Assembly (NCBI GenBank): GCA_944323285.1
Contig: CALURV010000024.1
Span: 38,893-102,892 of the forward strand
Direction: 5' to 3'
DNA: 64,000 nt
DNA from: Candidatus Gastranaerophilales bacterium
Lineage (GTDB): Bacteria; Cyanobacteriota; Vampirovibrionia; Gastranaerophilales; Gastranaerophilaceae
Below the pieces are notes generated by a model, which did not search any database, was not told where the DNA came from, and saw only the letters and a program-made list of their open reading frames with translations. This document shows positions 9,205 through 20,283 of this stretch, piece by piece (within the stretch, counting starts at the first letter, position 1; each line of letters opens with the position of its first letter). The position numbers were made by a program, and so were the translations under genes.

Positions 9205-10248
9205 ATGAATTCGATTATAAGAACAGTAAGAGAAAAAATTGAAACAAGGGAATATAAATATTTATCTTCAATGGCATCAAAAAGTGCGGATAGTAAAGGA
9301 AGAAAGCGCAAAGAAAAACCTTGTTCCTTAAGAACAGAATATCAGCGTGATAGAGATAGAATACTGCATTCAAAGGCATTTAGGCGTTTAAAACATAAAA
9401 CACAAGTGTTTTTTTCTCCATATGATGATCATTTTAGAACAAGAATGACACATACGTTAGAGGTTTCTCAAATTGCAAGAACAATATCTAGAGCTTTGGA
9501 TTTAAATGAAGATTTAACAGAAGCTATAGCTCTTGGTCATGATTTGGGACATACTCCATTTGGTCATAGTGGCGAAAGAGTTTTAAATGAGTTAATGCCC
9601 AATGGATATAGACATAATGAACAAAGTGTTCGAGTAGTTGAATTTATTGAAGATTTAAATTTAACACATGAAACATTAGATGGAATATTAAATCATTCTT
9701 ATGAATGTATGCCATCAACGCTCGAAGGACAGGTCGTAAGGCTTTCAGATAAAATTGCATATATTAACCACGATATTCAAGATGCTATTAGAGCAAGAAT
9801 CATTTCAAATGAAGATATTCCAAAAGAAAGTGTTGAATATTTTTCTACAACAAACAGAATTAGATTAACAAAAATTGTTGCGGATATTGTTGAAAATAGT
9901 CTTGAAAAAGATAAAATATATATGTCAGACGAGTGCTTTAATCAATTTATAAAATTAAGAAGCTGGATGTTTGATCATGTTTATAATAATTCTCCGGCAA
10001 AAGAAGCAGAAGATAAAGCTCAAAATGTAATTAAAAGATTATTTGAGTATTATTGCGAAGAACTTTCAAAAATCTATCCAAATTCTTTAAATAGCGAAAT
10101 TATGTTAACTGCATGTGATTATGTATCAGGAATGACAGATAGATATGTATTAATAAAATATGAAGAAAATTTTCTTCCTTCACCATTTGTTCAAAAAAAT
10201 AATGATGAGTTTTTATTTAAACTTGCACAAATGAACGGATTAAAATAA
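9205..10248 (+). CDS. dGTPase-like deoxynucleoside triphosphate triphosphohydrolase (HD domain)
   Basis: DRDRILHSKAFRRLKHKTQVF, RMTHTLEVSQIAR and GHDLGHTPFGH motifs. AGGTGGG lies 6 nt before the ATG at 9205; the in-frame ATG at 9199 is also possible. Confidence 0.85.
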   Translation: MNSIIRTVREKIETREYKYLSSMASKSADSKGRKRKEKPCSLRTEYQRDRDRILHSKAFRRLKHKTQVFFSPYDDHFRTRMTHTLEVSQIARTISRALDLNEDLTEAIALGHDLGHTPFGHSGERVLNELMPNGYRHNEQSVRVVEFIEDLNLTHETLDGILNHSYECMPSTLEGQVVRLSDKIAYINHDIQDAIRARIISNEDIPKESVEYFSTTNRIRLTKIVADIVENSLEKDKIYMSDECFNQFIKLRSWMFDHVYNNSPAKEAEDKAQNVIKRLFEYYCEELSKIYPNSLNSEIMLTACDYVSGMTDRYVLIKYEENFLPSPFVQKNNDEFLFKLAQMNGLK

Positions 10249-12132
10249 ATGACAGCTGAAAAAACATATACAGATGTAATAGATGAAATTAGAAGTCGAC
10301 TAGATATACTTGATGTAGTTCAATCAAGGGTAGTGTTAAAGAAAAAAGGTAATAATTATTGGGGTTGTTGTCCTTTTCATAATGAAAAAACACCTTCATT
10401 TTGTGTTAATGTTCAAAAAGGAATTTTTAAGTGTTTTGGCTGTGGTGAAGGTGGCGATGCCATAAGCTTTTTGATGAAAATAAATAATCAATCCTTTAAT
10501 GATGTAATAAAAGATTTAGCTGTACAATTTGGTATTGAATTACCATCATATTCAGGAAATACAAAATCTGCTTCAGATGAAAAGCAAAAAGTAAAAGATT
10601 TACTTAAACAGGTTTGTGAATATTATAATAAAAACCTTTTAGAAAAAACGGAAGCAAAAAAAGCTGTTATTTACCTTGAAAAAAGAGGTATTAATATTGA
10701 TATTATAAATGAATACAAGTTAGGATATTCTGAGAAGAGTTATAATGACATTGTAAATCATTTTAAGAGTGAATATACTCCTGACATTATGGAAAAAGCA
10801 GGATTAATTATAAAAACCGAAAAGGGTGATTATATAGATAGATTTCGCCATAGAATTATGATTCCAATTAGAGATGAAAAAGGAGATGTAATAGCTTTTG
10901 GCGCTAGAGCTATAGAAGATGGACAAAACCCAAAATATTTAAATTCACCGGATACTATTTTATATAATAAAAGCAGGATATTATATGGTATCAATGTTGC
11001 TAAAGATAAAATGATAGAAGAAGACTATGTAGTTATAATGGAAGGATATTTTGATGTAATTTCAGCTCAAGCTGCAGGATTAAAAAATACTGTTGCATCT
11101 TGCGGTACTGCTCTTACGGTCGATCATATTAGACTTATTGCTAAATATTCAAAATCAAGGAAAATATACTTGGCTTTTGATACTGATGAAGCTGGATTAA
11201 AAGCAACTCAAAGAAGTACAGAAGTAATAAAAGAAGCCTTCTCAGGACTTGGAAATTTAAAAATTTTTGATCAAACATATTCTTCACTATCAGATGATAA
11301 ATATACCTGTGAAATTAGAGTAATTGCACCATTAGGTAGTAAAGATCCAGATGAATATATTAGAGAGTTTGGAATTGAAGCATATAAAAAGTACATAAAA
11401 AAAGCTCCTTTATTGTTAGATTTCGAGATTAATCAGATATTGAAAGATTATAATTCTAATTTTTCTCCAACAGATAAGCTAAAATTAGTAAAAAAAATCA
11501 TGCCTTTAATCGAGGAAATTCCAAATAATATCGTTCAAAATGAATATATAAAGATTATTTCTGATAAAATCGATGTGGATGAAAAGGCCTTGATTAGGGA
11601 GATTAATAAGGTTAAAATGTCTCAAAATCTTGTAGAAAAACCAATAGATAGAATTGTAACAAAATCTTTAAATTATTGTGAAAAAGCACAAAAAAATTTA
11701 TTATGCTTGTTTCTAACTGGTGGAAGTAATACGGATGTAAATTATCTTAAAGAAGTTATAAAAAATGTTAAATTTATAGATAAAAATTTAATTATTATCA
11801 AAGAAGCAATTGACAAATTATCATATCGGATAAATAATGATGTGGAAAAATTAATTGATGCCCTGTATACACAATTTGCTGAGGATAATGAATTAAAGGA
11901 TATAATAACTGATTTAATATATATAGCAGATAGTTTTAAAAACCTTTCGGAGCGTGATTTTAAAGCTGCTGTATGGGATAATATCAACAGTATACAACAA
12001 TACAATTTTAATTGTGAAAAGCATGAATTAATGTCAAAATATAAGCAATTAGATGATGATGATATAGAGTCAATGCAATATCAGATGCAAGTACGTGAAA
12101 GAATAAGAAATAAACATAAAATCGGAGAATAA
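10249..12132 (+). CDS. dnaG: DNA primase
   Basis: Zn-finger [12 protein letters not shown]...CFGCGEGGD, primase core, and [12 protein letters not shown] / DTDEAG. Starts immediately after the upstream stop. Confidence 0.95.
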   Translation: MTAEKTYTDVIDEIRSRLDILDVVQSRVVLKKKGNNYWGCCPFHNEKTPSFCVNVQKGIFKCFGCGEGGDAISFLMKINNQSFNDVIKDLAVQFGIELPSYSGNTKSASDEKQKVKDLLKQVCEYYNKNLLEKTEAKKAVIYLEKRGINIDIINEYKLGYSEKSYNDIVNHFKSEYTPDIMEKAGLIIKTEKGDYIDRFRHRIMIPIRDEKGDVIAFGARAIEDGQNPKYLNSPDTILYNKSRILYGINVAKDKMIEEDYVVIMEGYFDVISAQAAGLKNTVASCGTALTVDHIRLIAKYSKSRKIYLAFDTDEAGLKATQRSTEVIKEAFSGLGNLKIFDQTYSSLSDDKYTCEIRVIAPLGSKDPDEYIREFGIEAYKKYIKKAPLLLDFEINQILKDYNSNFSPTDKLKLVKKIMPLIEEIPNNIVQNEYIKIISDKIDVDEKALIREINKVKMSQNLVEKPIDRIVTKSLNYCEKAQKNLLCLFLTGGSNTDVNYLKEVIKNVKFIDKNLIIIKEAIDKLSYRINNDVEKLIDALYTQFAEDNELKDIITDLIYIADSFKNLSERDFKAAVWDNINSIQQYNFNCEKHELMSKYKQLDDDDIESMQYQMQVRERIRNKHKIGE

Positions 12133-12137
12133 ATTCA

Positions 12138-13247
12138 ATGAGCAAAAAGAAAATTTCAGATTTATCGGTAGTCGGAATATTAGAAGAAGAAGAAACAATG
12201 GAAAATGAATCTAGTGATGCATCAAGTATTATAATGATGACAGAACCCGAAGCTATTAGTAGTGACGGAATGGATGTAATCATTAGTTCTGAAAGAAATA
12301 AAATTATCGATACAATGGAAAATGAAGATTTATTTGCAAATGATATTGCAGATGAAGTAGATGACGAAGATGTTTCTATTACTGATGCACTTTTACCAAA
12401 AGGTGTTTCATTTGATGATCCAGTTAGAATGTATTTAAGAGAAATAGGCCGAATAAAGCTTTTAACAGCGGATCAAGAAATAGACTTAGCTAAGAAAATT
12501 ATTCAAGGTGGAAATGCAGGGGTAATTGCAAAGAGAAAATTGGTTCAAGCTAATTTAAGGCTTGTAGTAAGTATTGCTAAAAAATATGTTGGTAGAGGCA
12601 TGTTATTTTTAGATCTTATACAAGAAGGAAACCTTGGTTTAATAAGAGCTGCTGAAAAATTTGATCACGAAAGAGGATATAAGTTCTCTACATATGCTAC
12701 TTGGTGGATACGTCAAGCTATTACAAGAGCTATAGCAGATCAGGCAAGAACTATAAGAATACCTGTCCATATGGTTGAAACTATAAATAAACTTAAAAAA
12801 GTAACAAGAAAACTAGCTCAAGAGCTTTCAAGAAAACCGACTGAAGAAGAATTAGCTGTTGAGATGAATATATCAGTTCCTAAATTAAGAGAAATAATAA
12901 AAGTGGCTCAAGAACCATTATCATTAGAAACACCTATAGGTAAAGAAGAAGATTCAAGACTTGGTGACTTCATTGAAGATAAAGATGCTGATGCACCAGT
13001 AAAAACCGTTGCTCAGGAACTTTTAAGAGAAGATTTAGCTGAAGTATTAAGCGGTTTATCTCCAAGAGAAAGAGATGTTCTTCGTTTGAGATTTGGTATG
13101 GATGATGGCAGACAACGTACTTTAGAAGAAGTTGGTCAATTATTTGGTGTTACAAGAGAACGTATAAGACAAATTGAAGCTAAAGCGCTTAGAAAACTTA
13201 GACATCCAAATAGAAGTAAACGATTAAAAGAGTATATAGAAGTTTAA
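12138..13247 (+). CDS. rpoD: primary RNA polymerase sigma-70 factor
   Basis: Region 2 ([31 protein letters not shown]), region 3 and region 4.2 ([18 protein letters not shown]). Follows dnaG as in the macromolecular-synthesis operon. Confidence 0.95.
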   Translation: MSKKKISDLSVVGILEEEETMENESSDASSIIMMTEPEAISSDGMDVIISSERNKIIDTMENEDLFANDIADEVDDEDVSITDALLPKGVSFDDPVRMYLREIGRIKLLTADQEIDLAKKIIQGGNAGVIAKRKLVQANLRLVVSIAKKYVGRGMLFLDLIQEGNLGLIRAAEKFDHERGYKFSTYATWWIRQAITRAIADQARTIRIPVHMVETINKLKKVTRKLAQELSRKPTEEELAVEMNISVPKLREIIKVAQEPLSLETPIGKEEDSRLGDFIEDKDADAPVKTVAQELLREDLAEVLSGLSPRERDVLRLRFGMDDGRQRTLEEVGQLFGVTRERIRQIEAKALRKLRHPNRSKRLKEYIEV

Positions 13248-13254
13248 TAAATGT

Positions 13255-13285
13255 AAAAAAGAAGCGAATAGCTTCTTTTTTTTTA
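13255..13285 (+). terminator. intrinsic terminator after rpoD
   Basis: AAAAAAGAAGC-GAATA-GCTTC followed by a T9 run. Confidence 0.75.
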
Positions 13286-13336
13286 ACAAAAAATATATTT
13301 TCATATTTTGTTTATAATCAGAAAAGAGGTAATATT

Positions 13337-14731
13337 TTGAGAATTATAAATAGAAATATAAGAAACAGTGTTTCATTTGGTTATGATAAAAAATTAAATA
13401 GTGAATTAAAATTTGCTATAAAATCTTTACCTGATAAACAATGGGCACAAACATTATCAAATTTGAATTCACAATGTAATAAATTAGAAGCTATTGTTGA
13501 TAAGTATTCACGTTCTGGCTGTAAAAAAACTGATTCTAAATATAATGATTATTTAGATTTATTTTTGTCATTAAAACAAATGCTTGTAGGGTTTATTGCT
13601 ATTACATTTGAAGGTTTAAAATTTCCAGATAGAGAATATATGTATTATAAAGATGAATATATAAATAATGGTGCCAAAAAAGATAGTTGGCAAAATGAGG
13701 TATGCGAAGTAATTGCTTGTTGGACAGATGGTTTTCAACCAAAGAAAGTAGTTACAGACCCTATAATTAAAGAACAAGATACAGTTGTTGAAAAGCCGAA
13801 ATTGGATGTGGCCGAAAAACCTCAAGCTAAGGGAGATATGCAAAATAAAAATAAATCTCTTCTTGAGGAATATATGCCAACTTCAGATTCACCGAAAGGT
13901 TTTTTGGAAGTTATGGGAATGAGTGATTTAAAACGAGATTTGAAAGAAGGTATACTTGATTATATTGCTGACCCTGAATTAGCAGATAGAGATTTAAAAG
14001 AGTATGGTATTTCAATTCCCAAGGGAATACTAATGTTTGGTCCGCCTGGTTGTGGAAAAACATATATTACTGAAGCCTTAGCTTCTGAAGCTCAACTTCC
14101 TCTTTATAAGTTTAATATTAGTAAAGCTGGATCTAGTTTTATAAATATGACATCAAAAAACATTCAAGCTGCTTTTGATGAAGCAATAAAAATTGCTGAA
14201 GATACAGGCAAGCCTTGCTTATTGTTTATGGATGAAATTGATACTTTAGGTTTTGATAGAAATTCAAGAACTGATAATGAAGATATGAAGCAAGTAGGTA
14301 CTATGCTTCAAGCAATAGATAAGGCTCAAAAGCACAATGTAATATTGATAGGCGCAACAAATAAATATAATTTACTTGACCCTGCTATTATAAGAAGATT
14401 TGAAAATCCATATTTTGTTGATTTACCTGACAGTGATGCTATAGGCGCTTTATTAAATAAAATTTTATCAGGAATTTCAAAAGGAAAAAATTTGCTTGAT
14501 TCTGAAGAAGACATGACAAAATTAATAAAACTTTTAAGTGGATATTCTAATAAATCTATTTGTATTATTTCTGCTAACGCTGCAAAACTTGCAAAAAGAA
14601 GAAATAGAGCGGATATTTCAGTAAATGATTATATAGAATCAATAAAAATATCTGCTCAAGAAAAGCCTGATAAAAGAGATTATTTACCTGATTCAAGGAA
14701 AAATCAATCTATAGGATTTAAATTTACTTAA
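13337..14731 (+). CDS. classic-clade AAA ATPase (Vps4/spastin/Msp1-like single AAA module) with an unassigned ~190-aa N-domain
   Basis: Walker A GPPGCGKT, Walker B LLFMDEID, sensor-1 GATN, SRH DPAIIRRFENPYFVDLPD. TTG start preceded by AAGAGGT. Confidence 0.8.
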   Translation: MRIINRNIRNSVSFGYDKKLNSELKFAIKSLPDKQWAQTLSNLNSQCNKLEAIVDKYSRSGCKKTDSKYNDYLDLFLSLKQMLVGFIAITFEGLKFPDREYMYYKDEYINNGAKKDSWQNEVCEVIACWTDGFQPKKVVTDPIIKEQDTVVEKPKLDVAEKPQAKGDMQNKNKSLLEEYMPTSDSPKGFLEVMGMSDLKRDLKEGILDYIADPELADRDLKEYGISIPKGILMFGPPGCGKTYITEALASEAQLPLYKFNISKAGSSFINMTSKNIQAAFDEAIKIAEDTGKPCLLFMDEIDTLGFDRNSRTDNEDMKQVGTMLQAIDKAQKHNVILIGATNKYNLLDPAIIRRFENPYFVDLPDSDAIGALLNKILSGISKGKNLLDSEEDMTKLIKLLSGYSNKSICIISANAAKLAKRRNRADISVNDYIESIKISAQEKPDKRDYLPDSRKNQSIGFKFT

Positions 14732-14748
14732 AATAAGTAAATAAGCAA

Positions 14749-15654
14749 TTATACCTGTAAATGTTTCTTTATTGAAAGCATACTTCCGCCTGCACTAAAA
14801 AATATTGCTATAACAAATATGCAAAATACAACAATTTGCACTGCAAAGTCTGAGGTTGGTACATTTAAAAAGTCATTTAATTTAACTAATGCATTTTGTA
14901 CTGTATTTAATGGTATTAAAGAAATAATTGCCCCTAAAAAGCCATATATTGCACCTTGTAAAATTAATGGGATTTTAATATACCAGTTGCTGACACCCAT
15001 TAACCTCATAATTTCAATTTCCTCTTTCCTTGATTGTATGACAAGTTGAATAGTGCAGTTAATTATAATAATAGTAAGTAGAGCTACTGCAATTAATACA
15101 AATACTGTAACGGTATTATAAACGGTGGTAATAGTTTGAAGTTTTTTCGCAAATTCTTGTGCGTAATTCATGCTGTCTATTCCGGGTAATTTTTTTATTG
15201 AATCACATACAACAAGAATATTCTTAGGATCATCTACAGTTACATGAATAGTATCAGGAAGCGGATTATCCATACCTGATACATCAATATTATTGTTCAT
15301 TTCTTCCCAAGCTTCTTCTTTTGTTTTTATAGAAACTTTTTTAACATGTTCAAGTTCATTAATTCTTGAAGACATAAGAACAGGATCAGTTTTTTGTTTA
15401 AGATATACTGATATTTCAAAAGTATCTCCAAGATTATCTACATATGAACTTAATGAAAAACTTGTTCTAAATAAAGCACCAAAAATAGTAAGTATAGCAG
15501 CAATTGCAGCAATAATGGCAATATTAATAAGACCGGTTCTTTTTATACCGTATACAGTTTCCATTGCTATCCTGTACATAATTCTTACAGAGGATAAATG
15601 TCTTTGCGGAATATGTCTTTTAACAGTTTCTTTTATTTGTCTTTTTTTATTCAT
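14749..15654 (-). CDS. ftsX: cell-division ABC permease-like protein FtsX
   Basis: Four-TM FtsX topology with a periplasmic domain after TM1. Start set to the ATG that overlaps the ftsE stop (ATGAATAA). Confidence 0.85.
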   Translation of the reverse strand: MNKKRQIKETVKRHIPQRHLSSVRIMYRIAMETVYGIKRTGLINIAIIAAIAAILTIFGALFRTSFSLSSYVDNLGDTFEISVYLKQKTDPVLMSSRINELEHVKKVSIKTKEEAWEEMNNNIDVSGMDNPLPDTIHVTVDDPKNILVVCDSIKKLPGIDSMNYAQEFAKKLQTITTVYNTVTVFVLIAVALLTIIIINCTIQLVIQSRKEEIEIMRLMGVSNWYIKIPLILQGAIYGFLGAIISLIPLNTVQNALVKLNDFLNVPTSDFAVQIVVFCIFVIAIFFSAGGSMLSIKKHLQV

Positions 15655-16321
15655 ATGTACCTGCCTGAACATCTCTTATTATTTGACCTTGTTCCATAGT
15701 AATTACTCTTTTTCTGAAATAATCAACTATATCTCTGTCATGAGTTGAAACAATAACAGTAATACCTTTATCATTAATTTGTTCAAGTATTTGCATAATT
15801 TCTAAAGAATTTTTAGGGTCTAAATTTCCGGTTGGTTCATCTGCTATTAAAAGTGGAGGGCCATTCACAATTGCCCTTGCAATACTTACTCTTTGTTGTT
15901 CGCCTCCGGATAATTCAGTAGGTTTTGCATTCATTTTATTTAATAATCCTACAATCTTTAATGCTCCTGTTACTCTTTCTTGAATTTCCTTTGAACGCAT
16001 TCCTAAAGTTCTTATAACGTATGCTATATTGTCATATACAGATATATTTGGAAGCAGTTTATAATCTTGAAAAACTATTCCCATACATCTTCTAATATTT
16101 GGAACTCTGTCATTTGGTAATTTTGCTATATTAATATTTCCTATCATGACAGTGCCTGAAGTTGGTATTTCTTCTCTATATAGAAGTTTCATCAGTGTTG
16201 ATTTTCCGGCACCTGATGAACCTGTTAAAAATACAAATTCACTTGACATAATATCTAAATTTATATTTTGAAGCGCATAATTATCTTTATATTTTTTATA
16301 TACATTTCTAAGTTGAATCAT
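15647..16321 (-). CDS. ftsE: cell-division ATP-binding protein FtsE
   Basis: Walker A GSSGAGKST, ABC signature LSGGEQQR, Walker B LLIADEPTGNLD; 224 aa. Confidence 0.9.
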   Translation of the reverse strand: MIQLRNVYKKYKDNYALQNINLDIMSSEFVFLTGSSGAGKSTLMKLLYREEIPTSGTVMIGNINIAKLPNDRVPNIRRCMGIVFQDYKLLPNISVYDNIAYVIRTLGMRSKEIQERVTGALKIVGLLNKMNAKPTELSGGEQQRVSIARAIVNGPPLLIADEPTGNLDPKNSLEIMQILEQINDKGITVIVSTHDRDIVDYFRKRVITMEQGQIIRDVQAGTYE

Positions 16322-17256
16322 TTAAGCAATTCCTGTATTTTTTGTACTAATTTATTTGCATTTAATCCGTAGAAATTCATTAATTCTTTTGCTTTACCGC
16401 TTTGACCAAATTCATCATTAGTTCCTATACGATGAATTTTTACTGGGTAATTTTCGCTTAGAATTTCACAAACTGAACTTCCTAAACCTCCAATTATTGA
16501 ATGATTTTCTATTGTGATTACTTTATTTGTCTTTTTTGCAGATTTTATAATTGTATCTTTGTCTATTGGTTTTACAACCGGAACATTAATAATTTCTGCA
16601 TCTATCCCATAATCTGATAATATTTTAGCACAATCTATTGTTTCTACCAATGTTTCTCCATTTGTAATTAAAGAAATATCTTTGCCTTCTTTAATAATAT
16701 TTGCCTTTAAAGGGTTAAACTTATAGGATGATTCATCAAATATATCAGGAAGATTAGTTCTTGCAATTCTAATGTAAACTGGGCCAAAGTGAGATGCTGC
16801 GAATTCTATTGCTTGTTTTGTCTCTGTTGCATCAGCAGGAACTATAACCATCATATTTGGAATACTCCTCATAAGAGAAATATCTTCGAGTGCCTGATGG
16901 CTGGCTCCGTCTTCTCCAACAGTAATACCGCCATGTGTAGCTGCTATTTTTACGTTTAAGTTAGAGTAGCAAATGGTATTTCTAATTTGCTCCCATGCTC
17001 TTCCTGTTGCAAACATTGCAAAGGTTGAAACAAAAACTGTTTTTCCGCAGCACGCAAGTCCTGCTGCTGTTGTCATTAAATCTTGTTCTGCTATTCCTAC
17101 ATTAAAAAATCTATCAGGAAATTCTTTCGCAAAAATCTGTGTCTGGGTTGAACAGGATAAATCTGCATCTAGAACTACAATATTATTATTTTTCTTTCCG
17201 AGTTCTACTAAAGTTTTTCCGTAAACGCTTCTTACTGATTTACATTCTCTATCCAT
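16318..17256 (-). CDS. transketolase, C-terminal (pyrimidine-binding) subunit
   Basis: FPDRFFNVGIAEQDL..., GASHQALEDISLMRSIPN; split-type transketolase; 312 aa. Confidence 0.9.
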   Translation of the reverse strand: MDRECKSVRSVYGKTLVELGKKNNNIVVLDADLSCSTQTQIFAKEFPDRFFNVGIAEQDLMTTAAGLACCGKTVFVSTFAMFATGRAWEQIRNTICYSNLNVKIAATHGGITVGEDGASHQALEDISLMRSIPNMMVIVPADATETKQAIEFAASHFGPVYIRIARTNLPDIFDESSYKFNPLKANIIKEGKDISLITNGETLVETIDCAKILSDYGIDAEIINVPVVKPIDKDTIIKSAKKTNKVITIENHSIIGGLGSSVCEILSENYPVKIHRIGTNDEFGQSGKAKELMNFYGLNANKLVQKIQELLK

Positions 17257-17265
17257 ATTGACCCC

Positions 17266-18867
17266 TTAAACTAATTCTATTAAAGCTTCTTTTAATTGTT
17301 CATCATTAGGAGCTTTTCCGTGCCATCCGGCATTATTTTCCATAAATGATACGCCTTTACCTTTTATGGTATTTGCAATAATAACTGTAGGTTTTATAGC
17401 TTTTTTTGCATCTTCAATTGCATTATATATTTGTAAAATATCATGCCCGTCTATTTCAATTGTATTCCATCCAAAGGCTTTGAATTTGTCATTTACGTTT
17501 CCTATTGATTTGACATTTTCTGTAGAACCGTCAATTTGTAATTTATTTCTATCAACAAAAGCTATAATGTTGTTAAGTTTATTATGGGATGCATTCATTG
17601 CTGCTTCCCAAACACTGCCTTCTTCAAGTTCTCCGTCACCCATATATACATATACTTTGCTGTTTATATTATCAAGTTTTAGACCTAATGCCATACCGCA
17701 TCCAATAGAAAGTCCTTGCCCTAGAGATCCTGTTGAAACTTCTATTCCATTTAGTTTTTTTGAACAAGGATGACCTTGAAGTCTGGAACCGAATTTTCTA
17801 AATGTCATTAATTCTTCTTCATTGAAATATCCGCAATGAGCAAGAATTGCATATAATGATGCTGATGCGTGTCCTTTTGACAAGATAAATCTGTCTCTAT
17901 TTTTATAGTCTGAATTTTTTTCGCATTCAGGATAGTGTTTCATACATTTTGTAAATAAAACATTTAGTATATCTATACAAGATAATGAACCGCCAGGATG
18001 TCCTGATTGTGCATTATGTATCATCATTATAACTTCTCTTCTAAGCTTTTTTGATACTTCCTTTATTTTTTCAATATCAAGTTCATTAATTTGTTTTATC
18101 ATTTTTTCCCCTTTGATGCAAAAATAATCTGTATTGTATTGTATTGCTTCTATTATAGCTTTAATTGCAAAGAGAGGCAAAGTTTTATATATTCTTTTTA
18201 ATCTTTGAGGTTGTTTATATGTTCTATATACCCACTCTAGTCCCATTACTCTAAAGAATTCCGGTGCTCTTTCTATAATTCCGGCCCATACATCAAAACT
18301 TCCGCCTACCCCTATATATATTGAATTGGGTATTTTTTCTCTACATTTTTTTATGAAAAATTCTTGTTTCGGAGCTCCAAGTGCAACTAATATAACATTA
18401 GGATTTGCTTGCTCTAAGTCTTTTATAATTTTTTCTTCCATTTGTAGTGTAAAATATCCATTTCTATAATAGCAGATATCTAAATCACTATATCTTTCTC
18501 TTATATTACTTACAGCTAATTTAATTATGTCTTCTTTCGCTCCAATCATTGCTATAGAATATCTTAATGAATTACAATGATTTATAAGCTCAATAGCTAA
18601 ATCAACTCCCGGTATTCTTTCTTGATTTATACCTTTTAATTTTAGTGCAAGTTGAATACCGCTTCCATCTGCTACAACAAGTTCTGCTTCCTTTATTATT
18701 TCATCCAATTCTTTGTTATTTATTGCTTGTTCTATAATTTCAGGATTGATAGTGATGACTTGTGTTCCTTGTTTGTTTTTTATTCTTTCAATAAGAAATC
18801 TTATTGAATCATCAAATGATATTAAATCTACATCATACCCTAATACTTTTTGTGTTTTTCTTTCCAT
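17266..18867 (-). CDS. in-frame fusion ORF: WecG/TagA/CpsF-family glycosyltransferase (aa 1-~250) + transketolase N-terminal (TPP-binding) subunit (aa 256-533)
   Basis: The N-half has VITINPE, ADGSGI, GAPKQE and GVGGSFDVWAG motifs of the WecG/TagA family. The C-half has SGHPGGSLS, GSLGQG and GDGELEEG transketolase TPP motifs. No stop lies between them. An internal ATG at 18102..18100 is preceded by AAAGGGGAAAAA. Confidence 0.8.
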   Translation of the reverse strand: MERKTQKVLGYDVDLISFDDSIRFLIERIKNKQGTQVITINPEIIEQAINNKELDEIIKEAELVVADGSGIQLALKLKGINQERIPGVDLAIELINHCNSLRYSIAMIGAKEDIIKLAVSNIRERYSDLDICYYRNGYFTLQMEEKIIKDLEQANPNVILVALGAPKQEFFIKKCREKIPNSIYIGVGGSFDVWAGIIERAPEFFRVMGLEWVYRTYKQPQRLKRIYKTLPLFAIKAIIEAIQYNTDYFCIKGEKMIKQINELDIEKIKEVSKKLRREVIMMIHNAQSGHPGGSLSCIDILNVLFTKCMKHYPECEKNSDYKNRDRFILSKGHASASLYAILAHCGYFNEEELMTFRKFGSRLQGHPCSKKLNGIEVSTGSLGQGLSIGCGMALGLKLDNINSKVYVYMGDGELEEGSVWEAAMNASHNKLNNIIAFVDRNKLQIDGSTENVKSIGNVNDKFKAFGWNTIEIDGHDILQIYNAIEDAKKAIKPTVIIANTIKGKGVSFMENNAGWHGKAPNDEQLKEALIELV

Positions 18868-18885
18868 ATTTCAATTATTATTATC

Positions 18886-20283
18886 TTACATTTTTACTGA
18901 GTCTTGTAATTTAGAATTTACTTCATGTGCTGAGTCTTCATAACCAACTCTTCCCATCAGAGCATATGTATAATTCTTAGATTGCTCTACTCCGGGTTGA
19001 TCAAATGCATCTATATTGTATAAAGCCCCTGTTATAGCTGTTTGTATTTCAAACATATATAATAATTGTCCCATATAATATGGCGTTATTTTTGGTACAG
19101 TTATAGTTACACTTGGTCTTTTATAATCAATTAATGACGCCATTGTTGAATCAGCTTCCGCATTAAATAATTGATTGATTGTTTTTCCTCCAAGATAACT
19201 TATTCCCGTATATTCAAAAATATTTGGAATGTCAAGAGTTGTATCGTATTCTTTTACTCTTAAAAAATTAATGATTTTATCACTTGGTCCTTCATTATAA
19301 AGTTGAATTTGAGAATGCTGGTCTGTAACTCCGATTGCTTTTACCGGAGTTTGTCCAGTATTTACAATATTATTATTTTTATCTTTTTCTTTTCCAAGAG
19401 ATTCTGCCCATAATTGACAATACCAGTCAGCTACGTACCTTAATCGATATGAATATGGCATCATTACAGAAATATTTTTGCCCTTTTTTACATCCATTAA
19501 AAAGTGAATTAGCGCATTTTGAGCTGCTATGTTACAATGAATATCTGTATTCTTTAGAGCTAAATCCATATCTTTTATGCCTTGAGTAATTTCTTGGATA
19601 TCTATTCCTAAAAGAGCAAAAGGTAATAACCCTACTGCTGAAAATACTGAAAATCTTCCGCCAACATCATCAGGTATATAAAATGTTTTGTATCCTTCTT
19701 GATCTGATAATTGTTTTAATATGCCTATATTTTTATCTGTTGTTGCTATAATATTTTTTCTGTAATCTTCACCAAGTTCTTTTTCCATTCTGTCTTTTAA
19801 AATCATAAATTGTGCCATTACTTCAGCTGTAGAACCTGATTTTGTTACAACATTTACTAATGTCTTTTTTAAATCCAATATATTTAATAAAGAATTCATT
19901 TGATCAGGGTCAATGTTATCTAGAAAGAATATTCTTGGATAGTTATTTCTTTGTTCTTTTGTTAAAAAATTCCAATAAGTAGGTAAAAGGGCTTCACAAA
20001 CAGCTTTGCCTCCAAGGGATGAACCGCCCATACCTAAAATTAGTAAATTTTCAAAACGATTTTCAACAAGCGCGGCATATTCTTTTACATACCAAATGGT
20101 TTCTTCATTGTATCCTAAGTTCATCCATCTAAGCTTTTGTCCCGGTTTATCTTTGTTCGAATTTAAATCGGCAATTATTTTATGTATGGCATCTTTATAA
20201 TTGTCAAATTCTCTTTCAATATCTAAACCGTTTTCACAGCCTATGATTTCTTCTTTGATATTACGATAGTTTAATTCTATCAT
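18886..20283 (-). CDS. pgi: glucose-6-phosphate isomerase
   Basis: GMGGSSLG, VVTKSGSTAE and GGRFSVFSAVGLLP motifs; 465 aa short-type PGI. Confidence 0.9.
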   Translation of the reverse strand: MIELNYRNIKEEIIGCENGLDIEREFDNYKDAIHKIIADLNSNKDKPGQKLRWMNLGYNEETIWYVKEYAALVENRFENLLILGMGGSSLGGKAVCEALLPTYWNFLTKEQRNNYPRIFFLDNIDPDQMNSLLNILDLKKTLVNVVTKSGSTAEVMAQFMILKDRMEKELGEDYRKNIIATTDKNIGILKQLSDQEGYKTFYIPDDVGGRFSVFSAVGLLPFALLGIDIQEITQGIKDMDLALKNTDIHCNIAAQNALIHFLMDVKKGKNISVMMPYSYRLRYVADWYCQLWAESLGKEKDKNNNIVNTGQTPVKAIGVTDQHSQIQLYNEGPSDKIINFLRVKEYDTTLDIPNIFEYTGISYLGGKTINQLFNAEADSTMASLIDYKRPSVTITVPKITPYYMGQLLYMFEIQTAITGALYNIDAFDQPGVEQSKNYTYALMGRVGYEDSAHEVNSKLQDSVKM

